64,000 nt of DNA from Eledone cirrhosa (Eukaryota). The DNA is taken from assembly GCA_964016885.1 (NCBI GenBank), contig OZ024752.1, positions 43,896,001-43,960,000 on the forward strand, in the 5' to 3' direction. Numbering within the stretch: position 1 is the first letter of the stretch; each line of letters begins with the position of its first letter. The translations under genes were made by a program, and so were the position numbers. Shown here piece after piece: positions 1-64,000 of this stretch. The notes under the pieces were generated by a model. The model was given only the letters and a program-made list of their open reading frames with translations. It was not told the origin of the DNA and did not search any database.

Positions 1-561
1 TTTTGTTTTTCACATCAACAGCAGCATTTCTGAAAGAATTTTGAAATTCATATAGATTATTGTCCTACCCATGCTAGAGTGGAAGATGGACATTAAATGA
101 TGATGATATTTCTTAGTAGCCTTAACATTATGATTGCCAAAGTAATCCCTACAAGTTAATAGGATTGTTTGAAAAGTATTTTGAAGTAATTCTTCTTTAA
201 CCTCCATTGATCCACACCCCCACCACTCAATGACTACCAACTGTATTCTACTGGAGACTATCATCATTGGGCTCCTACCTTCAAGTAAGTGAAAACAGTG
301 CTGTAATCCTTAATATTAACCAAACTAAAAGAGTTATGCAATATCTCATGAAATAGATCTATAATTTCCAATTAATTTTTTAAGTAATCAATAATTTAAA
401 TAAAATAACTAACCATATTAAATTGGTGTTTAGCAGATAACTTAAAAAAGATATTCCTCCATAATACATTTATTTTGTCATCATAGAATTGGGTTAGTTT
501 TGTGGAGTTATGAGAAGATTAAGTAGAGAAATAAGCGTATAAATTGTGGATGTGTACCTAC

Positions 562-52573
<52,012 letters not shown>

Positions 52574-52959
52574 TTCAAAATTACACACAAATATCCGATA
52601 TATTGTAGATTTGTGTTAATATTTGTAGATCTAGATATCAGAATACATCTATATATCGATATATATGCCTTAGTATATTAACTGACACATATGTATATTG
52701 AAAGAAAATTAAATGTATATATTTTACACGTAATATTATTTAGTATTGCAATAAAGAATATTTACGTTAGTATGTTTTTAGCAAAGTTCAAAAAAAGCAA
52801 TATTAGGTTGTGTGCAGTAATAATAGCAAATGGGCAAAGAAAAAAACATAAGTGAGTATTTATCTAACATTTGAGACCCTTACTTTTCGTATATCAAACA
52901 ATATACAGTAATTGGTAATATTATAAGATATAGAAATAGCTGTAAAAGTCTTTTGTTGC

Positions 52960-53050
52960 TCGGCAATGTTACATAAATTTTTCTTTGACCGCCATCATCA
53001 CCTATACTACAAATACCCCGGATGATTATCGCTGCGCAAGTTCACAAAAG
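52960..53050 (-). promoter_or_regulatory. Probable main promoter/TSS region of ANKHD1/Mask
   Basis: Local CpG cluster and a YY1-type motif (GATGATGGCGG on the minus strand, ~52989-52999) about 420 nt upstream of the ATG; compound microsatellite immediately upstream. Confidence 0.45.
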
Positions 53051-53053
53051 TAC

Positions 53054-53054
<1 letters not shown>

Positions 53055-53151
<97 letters not shown>

Positions 53152-53216
53152 CACATACATACGCACACACGTATATGTGTGTGTGTGTATATATATATAT
53201 ATACACATATATATAC

Positions 53217-53266
<50 letters not shown>

Positions 53267-53273
53267 TTCCCCC

Positions 53274-53307
<34 letters not shown>

Positions 53308-53350
53308 GTGTGTATTTATATTCATATATATATATATGCATGCATATATA
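53055..53350. repeat. Compound microsatellite upstream of the ANKHD1 promoter
   Basis: Direct inspection. Confidence 0.95.
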
Positions 53351-54432
53351 TTTGAATATTTTCAGGCCCCCATCCCCACCCTGACTCTCTATCTAATACC
53401 TCCCACCCCACCTTCACATTCCATATTCCTCCTTCCTCACCTAACCTATGGTAACATGGAAAGGTTGACAACCCACCTCCTACAGGGCTTCACTCCACCA
53501 ACACCCTCACGTTAAGACTCCCCTTACCTAGACTCATCACTTATCCCCCCCCCCCCTCATCCCTGCTACCCTTTTCCTTGGCCAATTATTCCAGTATGAA
53601 AATGAAGCACCCCCCACCAACATACCTCCAAATATCACTCTCTTTAAGGCCTTCTCTATCTCTTTTTTCTTCTCCACCCTCTGTATACAACATTTAGCAT
53701 ATGTCTCCTACCCCAGCTCTCGCCCCCTCCTTATCTTTGCCATCCCAACCTGGTCAAAGATGTCACAATGTTGCTCCCGTTTTTAAGTCACCCTCAAGCG
53801 AAGTTTTTGGTTGTTGTGGAAGAGGATGATAAACATGACAAATACCAATAATTCTCATTAAATATATAACTTCACTTCACTTCAACAAAAAGGAAAAATA
53901 TATGATTACTCTACATTTACTATTATATTTTCACGGTTACCTCACATAATTATCTCACATAATATCAAATCTATCAGATTTTGATATCATTTATTTTGAG
54001 AACAATAGCTTAACGTCAGTATGAGTGGATGGTTATGGCCGGTTTGAATAGAAAAAGGTGAGAGAATTCTGGCCTGATATGGCCAGTTTAAATACTAATA
54101 GGTTAATATGCGATGTTTGATTAAAAAGTGAAAAGTTGTAGTCAGACAGTATGTACCAGCAGAGGTAGTAATAAGCTCGCAGTGGCAAGGAAGCTGTGTT
54201 GTCTAAGAGAAGAGGCAGATGACTGAGTGAGTTAGTAGGACCACAGGACAGCCTATTTATAATGATGGCTAGTTATTTTCGATAGATAACAGATGGCCCC
54301 AGGATATGTTCTCCTTCAGAGCACTGGTGCCGTAAATCCAACCATCAGGGAAAATTTATCTATTGTCTTTCCTGTGAGGTCACATGTCACTTACTTGGTG
54401 GCCATGGGAAAACATTTCCTTTGCTACAACCA

Positions 54433-57400
54433 TTCTCTCACTCCTGTCCCTAGCAGACCAGCTCTCTCTCTCACTCCTGTCTCTGACAGGCCAGCTCTCT
54501 CTCCCACTCCTGGCCCTAGCAGGCCAGCTCTCTCTCTCACTCTTGTCCCTAGCAGACCAGCTCTCTCTCACACCCCTCTCCCTAGCAGACCAGCTCTCTC
54601 TCTCACTCCTGTCCCTAGCAGACCAGCTCTCACTCTCACTCCAGTCTCTGACAGGCCAACTCTCTCTCTCACTCCTGTCCCTAGCAGACCAGCTCTCTCT
54701 CACACCCCTGTCCCTAGCAGACCAGCTCTCTCTCTCACTCCTGTCCCTAGCAGACCAGCTCTCTCTCTCACTCCTGTCCCTAGCAGGCCAATGCTCTCTC
54801 ACTCTTGTCCCTAGCAGACCAGCTCTCTCTCTCACTCCTGTCCCTAGCAGGCCAATGCTCTCTATCACTCTTGTCCCTAGCAGACCAGCTCTCTCTCTCA
54901 CTCCTGTCCATAGCAGACCAGCTCTCTCTCTCACTCCTGTCCCTAGCAGGCCAGCTCTCTCTCTCACTCCTGTCCCTAACAGACCAGCTCTCTCTCTCAC
55001 TCCTGTCCCTAGCAGGCCAACTCTCTCTCTCACTCTTGTCCCTAGCAGGCCAACTCTCTCTCTCACTCTTGTCCCTAGCAGACCAGCTCTCTCTCTCACT
55101 CCTGTCCATAGCAGACCAGCTCTCTCTCTCACTCCTGTCCCTAGCAGGCCAGCTCTCTCTCTCACTCCTGTCCCTAACAGACCAGCTCTCTCTCTCACTC
55201 CTGTCCCTAGCAGGCCAATGCTCTCTCTCACTCTTGTCCCTAGCAGACCAGCTCTCTCTCTCACTCCTGTCCATAGCAGACCAGCTCTCTCTCTCACTCC
55301 TGTCCCTAGCAGGCCAACTCTCTCTCTCACTCCTGTCCCTAGCAGGCCAACTCTCTCTCTCACTCTTGTCCCTAGCAGACCAGCTCTCTCTCTCACTCCT
55401 GTCCATAGCAGACCAGCTCTCTCTCTCACTCCTGTCCCTAGCAGGCCAACTCTCTCTCTCACTCTTGTCCCTAGCAGACCAGCTCTCTCTCTCACTCCTG
55501 TCCATAGCAGACCAGCTCTCTCTCTCACTCCTGTCCCTAGCAGGCCAACTCTCTCTCTCACTCCTGTCCCTAGCAGGCCAACTCTCTCTCTCACTCTTGT
55601 CCCTAGCAGACCAACTTTCTCTCTCACTCCTGTCCCTAGCAGACCAGCTCTCTCTCTCACTCCTGTCCCTAGCAGGCCAACTCTCTCTCTCACTCTTGTC
55701 CCTAGCAGACCAGCTCTCTCTCTCACTCCTGTCCATAGCAGACCAGCTCTCTCTCTCACTCCTGTCCCTAGCAGGCCAGCTCTCTCTCTCACTCCTGTCC
55801 CTAGCAGGCCAACTCTCTCTCTCACTCTTGTCCCTAGCAGACCAGCTCTCTCTCTCTCACTCCTGTCCATAGCAGGCCAGCTCTCTCTCTCACTCCTGTC
55901 CCTAGCAGGCCAACTCTCTCTCTCACTCTTGTTCCTAGCAGACCAGCTCTCTCTCTCACTCCTGTCCATAGCAGACCAGCTCTCTCTCTCACTCCTGTCC
56001 CTAGCAGGCCAACTCTCTCTCTCACTCCTGTCCCTAACAGACCAGCTCTCTCTCTCACTCCTGTCCCTAGCAGGCCAGCTCTCTCTCTCACTCCTGTCCC
56101 TAGCAGGCCAATGCTCTCTCTCACTCTTGTCCCTAGCAGACCAGCTCTCTCTCTCACTCCTGTCCATAGCAGACCAGCTCTCTCTCTCACTCCTGTCCCT
56201 AGCAGGCCAGCTCTCTCTCACACTCCTGTCCCTAGCAGGCCAACTCTCTCTCTCACTCCTGTCCCTAACAGACCAGCTCTCTCTCTCACTCTTGTCCCTA
56301 GCAGACCAACTTTCTCTCTCACTCCTGTCCCTAGCAGACCAGCTCTCTCTCTCACTCCTGTCCCTAGCAGACCAGCTCTCTCTCTCACCCCTGTCCCTAG
56401 CAGACCAGCTCTCTCTCTCACCCCTGTCCCTAACAGGCCAACTCTCTCTCTCTCACTCCTGTCCCTAGCAGACCAGCTCTCTCTCTCACTCCTGTCCCTA
56501 GCAGGCCAACGCTCTCTCTCACTCCTGTCCCTAACAGGCCAGCTCTCTCTCTCACTCCTGTCCCTAACAGGCCAGCTCTCTCTCTCACTCCTGTCCCTAG
56601 CAGACCAGCTCTCTCTCTCACTCCTGTCCCTAGCAGACCAGCTCTCTCTCTCACTCCTGTCCCTAACAGGCCAGCTCTCTCTTTCACTCCAGTCTCTGAC
56701 AGGCCAGCTTTCTCTCTCACTCCTGTCCCTAGCAGACCAGCTCTCTCTCTCACTCCTGTCCCTAACAGGCCAACTCTCTCTCTCACTCCTGTCCCTAACA
56801 GGCCAGCTCTCTCTTTCACTCCAGTCTCTGACAGGCCAGCTTTCTCTCTCACTCCTGTCCCTAGCAGACCAGCTCTCTCTTTCACTCCTGTCCCTAGCAG
56901 ACCAGCTCTCTCTCTCACTCCTGTCCCTAACAGGCCAGCTCTCTCTTTCACTCCAGTCTCTGACAGACCAGCTTTCTCTCTCACTCCTGTCCCTAGCAGA
57001 CCAGCTCTCTCTCTCACTCCTGTCCCTAACAGGCCAGCTCTCTCTTTCACTCCTGTCCCTAGCAGACCAGCTCTCTCTCTCACTCCTGTCCCTAACAGGC
57101 CAGCTCTCTCTTTCACTCCAGTCTCTGACAGACCAGCTCTCTCTCTCACTCCTGTCCCTAGCAGACCAGCTCTCTCTTTCACTCCAGTCTCTGACAGATC
57201 AGCTCTCTCTCTCACTCCTGTCCCTAGCAGACCAATGCTCTCTCTCACTTTTGTCCCTAGCAGACCAGCTCTCTCTCTCACTCCTGTCCTTAGCAGACCA
57301 GCTCTATCTCTCACTCCTGTCCCTAGCAGGCCAGCTCTCTCTCACACTCCTGTCCCTAACAGACCAGCTCTCTCTCTCACTCCTGTCCCTAGCAGACCAG

Positions 57401-58070
57401 CTGTCTCTCTCACCCCTGTCCCTAACAGACCAGCTCTCCCTCACTCCTGTCCCTAGCAGGCCAACTCTCTCTCTCACTCCTGTCCCTAACAGGCCAACTC
57501 TCTCTCTCACTCCTGTCCCTAACAGACCAGCTCTCTCTCTCACTCCTGTCCCTAGCAGGCCAACTCTCTCTCTCACTCCTGTCCCTAACAGACCAGCTCT
57601 CTCTCTCTCACTCCTGTCCCTAGCAGGCCAACTCTCTCTCTCACTCCTGTCCCTAACAGACCAGCTCTCTCTCTCACTCCTGTCCCTAGCAGACCAGCTC
57701 TCTCTCTCACTCCTGTCCCTAGCAGGCCAGCTCTCTCTCTCACTCCTGTCCCTAGCAGACCAGCTTTCTCTCTCACTCCTGTCCCGAGCAGACCAACTCT
57801 CTCTCTCACTCCTGTCCCTAACAGGCCAGCTCTCTCTTTCACTCCAGTCTCTGACAGACCAGCTCTCTCTCTCACTCCTGTCTCTAGCAGACCAGTTCTC
57901 TTTCACTCCAGTCTCTGACAGACCAGCTCTCTCTCTCACTCCTGTCCCTAGCAGGCCAACTTTCTCTCTCACTCCTGGCCCTAGCAGGCCAACTCTCTCT
58001 CTCACTCCTGGCCCTAACAGGCCAGCTCTCTCTTTCACTCCAGTCTCTGACAGGCCAGCTCTCTCTCATT
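54433..58070. repeat. 33-bp minisatellite, ~110 copies
   Basis: Unit CTCACTCCTGTCCCTAGCAGACCAGCTCTCTCT with a variable (CT)n length. Confidence 0.97.
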
Positions 58071-58597
58071 CTCTCTTTTAGCAAGGAATATGTAGCTCTA
58101 CCTTGCTCTCATCACACACACCCTGCTCTCAATAATCCCTCCCTAGCTTGACTGAGGATATCAAAATGTCACTCATTGTAGGCTCCTTCCATGGCAAGCA
58201 AAATGTATCTTGTAACTTCTTCATCAATGTGTGATAATGCTGGTGTCACTATAAAATGCACCTAGCCCACTCTGTAAACTGGAAGAGCTGATGTCAAGAT
58301 AAAAAGCACCCAGTCCATTCTGTTAGGCGGTGGCAGCGCCATGATAAAACATATCCAGTACATGTATTGAAGTGATTGGCATTAGAAATGGCATCCAGTT
58401 GTAGAATGAGGAAGATGTGACCATCTGACCTGTCTAGCCTCAGAACATCACAACCCATCTAAGCCATGCAAGCATGGAAAATAAATGTAAAACAGTGATA
58501 ATGATAAATGTATATATACATAAAACAAAATTTAATATAGGAATGGCAACTACAGGACTAGAACTGTTTCATTTGAAGGAAATCACTAGGAAAGTCC

Positions 58598-59092
<495 letters not shown>

Positions 59093-59100
59093 ATATATAT

Positions 59101-59240
59101 ATGGGCTTCCTGATGATTTCTCTCGAATGAAACAGTTCTAGTCCTGTAGAAAAGCCATTTCTATATTAAATATTTATACTCTGCTATATATTGAGTACTT
59201 TACTTACTGTGGTTACCCCCGATTGAACCCAGGATAAGCA
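59101..59240 (+). mobile_element. Penelope-like pLTR fragment with hammerhead-like core
   Basis: CTGATGA-TTTCTCTCGAAT-GAAAC-AGTTCTA-GTC; homologous to 47957-48070; flanked by TA repeats. Confidence 0.55.
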
Positions 59241-62069
59241 TATATATATATATACATACATGTTTATAAATCATGTTTCTGGCATACAGCTTTTGGCCTG
59301 AAGCTTTCTTTAATTTTTCTCTATTTTTCTCCTTCATTAAATTATCCACCTTCACTTTCTTAAGTCTGTTTTCTTCCTTTACTTCATCATTTTCACTCTA
59401 TTCTGCTGTATTGTTTTGTTTTTGTATTATATTGCAATTCTATTTGTTTATTTACTTAAATCTCACCAGCTTCATGTTTCAAATATTGATCTTATAGCAC
59501 TATAATTTTATTTGCCTGTTAACTCCATCTGCTTGCTCTAAATAACATTTGTTAATCAATGAAATGCATTCTGGGAATTAACAGGCTTGAAAGACATTCA
59601 CATGTCTCACAAGTATTTTCAACATTAATTACATAACAACTGCTGGAGAAACTCTTCTAACCTGTCGGGAAATCAATGTATTTACCAACCCTAAATTTAT
59701 TACAATGTAAGTAGCACGCTTCTTCTGTCTTTTGATTCACAGAGGCCACACATCTAATCTACTTTTTAAACAATTTTTGGAAAGCAGCTGAATAAAAAAA
59801 ACATTTTCCTTGTGATTTAATTTTACAAAATGTGATTGGTTAAAAAACTACACACACTAGCTGACTAACTACACGTGTTTTCCTCCTGCCCGAATTTTTT
59901 TTCCTTATACTCTTTCTAATTTTTTTCTGTCAGTCTATCTTCTGATGAAGGACTAATGCCTGAACATTGATTCATTTCCTACTATAACAAGCGATAAACT
60001 GACTTTTCATACATATATATGTGTGTGTATATATCATCATCATCATCATCATCATCAACGTTTAATGTCCGTGTTCCATGCTTGCATGGGTTTGGACGGG
60101 GGTAGTCCCACTTAAGGCAAGAGTGATTGTCTTGCTCGCATAGGACTGTCTGGCAGGTTTTCTACAGTTGGATGCCCTTCCTAACACCAACCACATTTAC
60201 AGTGTGGGTCTGGGAGGTTTTTACCGTGTTGCCTACACGGCCACATTACAGCGTGGACTGTGTGTTTTTTTGTCGTGACACCTACACGATCTCATTTGTT
60301 TCGGCCTGGATGGCGCGGCACCAACATAACTTTACATAGAACGGGGTGGTGTGGATGGGGTGGGGGTGGTGGCGGGACGGGGTGTATTTTGTTAGAGATG
60401 CCTACTGATATATATAAAATGTTGTAATTTTCTTGAAGCATTGTATATAATATATAATGTGGAAAGGGATATAAGGCTAAAACAATGCAAAATGGATGTT
60501 AAGATAAAGTCAACGACGAAGTTAGTTACCTGGTAATCTTTTTTTTCGTCCTAATATTTCGGGACTTAAAATTCCCTTCGTCAGAGTATATATAATATAT
60601 ATATATGGTCCCGTAACTCCTAATAGAGTTGTAGGGCACCGTATTGACATAGTGTTTCTTGAGCATTTTAAGCCTGGTGGAGCCCATGCCTCTCCAGGCC
60701 TTATATATATGGCTATAATTCTATTTATATAACATCCTCAGAACTAATAACTTTTGCTGACAGTTGTGTGAATTTGAGTTCACAGAATTAAGGTATTGAA
60801 TTAAATATATGATAAAATGCTAGCAGTGAATTCAACATCTATAAATGCTTACAAACTGGAGAATTGTGAACATTTGCTGTAAAAATATCATCTTTTGACA
60901 TTTTAATAAGTGATTGCTGTTATATTTGTTTGATTTGAATTTTAGAAGAAAGAAAGCAAAAATATATTGGTATAAAAGGATCTTAATGTATTTACTTTAT
61001 TTTTTTATGAGAGAGAGATTAAAGTGTGAATATATCAATAGTTTAATGTCTTCTTTTTCTTCAGATGATCATCACAGCTGAGGTTGTGGTGTATTAGATA
61101 TTCTAAGGTTCAAACTCTAGCTGTCAAAGTACTTGAAGTACCTTATTCAAAATTCAATGATTATATGTATATTTTTCTTACTGGGTTGCGTGTTGTGTTC
61201 TTGAGCAAAACACTTCATTTCATATTGCTCCAGTATATTCAACTGAAAATGAGTAGCAGCAATAGCTGGGGATTTAACCCTGCAATGAACTGGAGTCCTG
61301 TCCAGGGAGGAATATTGTACCCCCAGTTGCTTAACACCATGGAAACTGGGATAAGTGTCGGTCTCATGAGTCTCCGAGCTTGAGACTTTCGACATTTAGA
61401 CTTCCCTGAAGCTTTTAAGAAATATGACGTAATACAAAACATATTGTTCATTTATTTTCAAATTATATTGTAAATATAATTTAAGAAATGGTTGCTATTA
61501 TATTTGTATAATTTGAAATTTAGAAGAAGGCACACAAAGGTTATGATAACAAGACTGACAAAGAATAAATATTACAAGGTATTTTCATTACATGCACTGG
61601 TTTATATGTTTTCTCATCAATGTTTACATCTTTTATTGATATACATATATAACAAACTTCCACACAGTTTTTGTCTTCTAACTTTAAACTATTGGTCAAC
61701 TTGTGGCGATGTAGAAAACAGAAGACAACGGGTCAAGCTTGGATCAAATTAGATATCAAATTTATTCACCATATATATCTTCACTGGTAATATTAGCTTC
61801 TACTGATAAGTTTAAGTTACTTATGAGATTAAAGTATTTCAATTATGATCAAGATTAAAATGGATTAATATGTTTTTAGTTAGCGTGAAAATTAAAACAT
61901 ATTAAGTTAACGTTTTATTGATAATTGTTGCTTGCAAGATAACATTAAATCAACAATTTTATGTTATTGCAGTAGAGAGGAATAATAAACATTCAAATAA
62001 TTAGACTAAAGCAATTAGAAGACAATTTATCAAATATATACTTAATTCTTTTCCAGCATGCTTCCTTAA

Positions 62070-62267
62070 CCCTTTAGCATTTACATTACTCTATATTTAC
62101 TATTGTATTTTTGTTGTAAAGGCTTTACTTCACATAATATTGAATCTATGAGATTTTGATATTATCTATTTTGAGAACAATACCTTAACATCAGTATGAG
62201 CAGCCAGTTACAGCCAATTTGAACAGAAAGATGTGAGAGAATTCTGGCCAGTTTAAATGCTAAAGGG
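62070..62267. mobile_element. piggyBac-type non-autonomous element
   Basis: 14-bp TIR CCCTTTAGCATTTA/TAAATGCTAAAGGG flanked by TTAA on both sides. Related decayed copies at ~10320-10460, ~16115-16290 and ~53905-54105. Confidence 0.8.
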
Positions 62268-63324
62268 TTAACTTATTCATCTTGGAATAAGTCCAAACAA
62301 GTGAATGATTAAATAAATAAAAATATATTGTTTGAAAACAAGAAACAAAAGAAATACCATTATTTTTACAGAAAACAGAAGTTTTGCAGCAAAGATTTGA
62401 ATAATACCTTTCATTAATTAAAATCAATTTACTTAAATAAGCTTTGGCAACAAGCAAGCTTTTACTTGCTACAATATTTTAGATGGGAAAGCAATAATGA
62501 ATGAGACTCCCTTTGTAATTGTGAGCTCATAACCAAATCTAAAGTCTTTGCATTAATTTGGTACATCATCATCATCATTTGGTTTCAGCCATATGACTGG
62601 ACTGTGGTCATACTGGGGCAACATTTTAGATCTTCGGAGATTATATAAATTCAATCTCAGTTGTTATTCCAATGTATCTCTTATTTTATTGATCTCATTA
62701 TTACATAATAGGACAAAAGCAAGAACATTTTAAACATTGTTTTTAAGTAATATATTTATGCATTTGCAATTATTTTTTTCCAATAATCCACATCTCTTTC
62801 TCCAGCAATATCAGATACTACTGCTAGTATATATATATAAAGAATTTGAAATTTGAAAGCCACAACAATGCAGATTGGATGGATAAATAATCAAGTCGTA
62901 AGAAAAGAAGGGTGTTTTTTTTACCTTAATTTATTCATATCTCTTGATATTTCGAGAATAACATCTCTTCTTCCGAGGGAAGACTTCATTATTCATCTGT
63001 TCAATCCGCATTGTCATGGCTTTCAAACATTTAATTCTAATTCTTTACACCATATATAATGCTTCAAGTAAACTACAAATTCCATATCTTCTTCTTGGCC
63101 CACTTATTCCCAAAAGTGTTGTGGGGGCACACTCCACATATATACAAAATTCATTGTAACTACATATCTAAGTAGTTGGATGCGAGTTAATTTAAAATAA
63201 TGAAATAATCAAAAGTTAGCAGTCCAAAACTTATATGTAATGCATACGATGAAACATGTGTAAGTGTTACGCAATAAAAGTTATTCCCTCTCATCTGGAT
63301 TATGGTGTTTTAATATTTTTATAA

Positions 63325-63364
<40 letters not shown>

Positions 63365-63370
63365 GATTGG

Positions 63371-63401
<31 letters not shown>

Positions 63402-64000
63402 GGTTGGTCTCTCTCTCTCTATATATATATATATATGGTTGGTCTCTATATACATGACAATCCATGCCAGCATGGAATGACAATTATATATATATACCAG
63501 CATCATCATATATATATGTGTATATATCTCCCTGTAGTATTCATTGTGTCAGTTACATTGAGGAAGACTTAGCCCTTCAATAAACAAGGATTGATAAAAT
63601 AAATACCTGACAAAGACCTGGAGTTACAATTAACTAAAATCTCTAAAACTGCCATCTAGTGCGGCTCTAATTAAAACAATGAAATAAATAAAAAATAAAT
63701 GAATACATTTTTCTTTTTTATAAAAAAATAATTTATTCTAGAAAGGTTTGAACCTCCGCGCTGCTTTCATTAACGCTATTCTTTGTTTGTCTTCTTCAAA
63801 TTTTTTCCGCAATTCTTGTATTCCTAAAATAATGAAAATAATTGTTTAAGAATAAAATATATATAAAACAGCAGAATATAATATAATATAAAATCCACAT
63901 AAAACAGCTTACAATATAAAATCCATATAAAACAGAGCTTACAATATAAAATCCATATTATGTAGATAATGATAAAATGTAAACTAGGAAGACTTACGGT

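Noticed and set aside
54380-58084. Long ORFs (up to 694 aa) on both strands in the 33-bp array
   Set aside because: Products of a stop-free 33-bp unit; (CT)n slippage repeatedly shifts the frame, showing no coding constraint.

Overview
AT-rich, intron-containing animal DNA, most likely an octopus or other coleoid cephalopod (inferred from the SINE families, microsatellite load and gene). The window holds the 5' part of one large minus-strand gene, the Mask/ANKHD1/ANKRD17 ankyrin-repeat + KH scaffold. I reconstructed 21 phase-consistent GT-AG coding exons from ATG 52573 down to 562 (4148 nt, about 1382 aa). The gene continues off the left edge, so the KH domain is not in the window. Introns and upstream DNA contain tRNA-derived SINEs, two decayed mariner transposons, Tc1- and piggyBac-type MITEs, RTE/CR1 LINE fragments, a decayed Naiad-like Penelope element, three multi-kb minisatellites and many microsatellites. 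Most notable observations: (1) an apparently intact minimal type I hammerhead ribozyme in the sense strand of intron 2, inside an inverted repeat, plus several degenerate Penelope-type hammerheads; (2) a CpG-rich, repeat-poor ~5 kb island in intron 2 with promoter motifs and a strong splice donor, suggesting an internal first exon and an N-truncated isoform preceded by a uORF; (3) a ~70-90 bp-arm fold-back just downstream of the exon 2 donor, a candidate ADAR substrate. I found no convincing wholly new protein-coding system. All calls are by eye, without searches.
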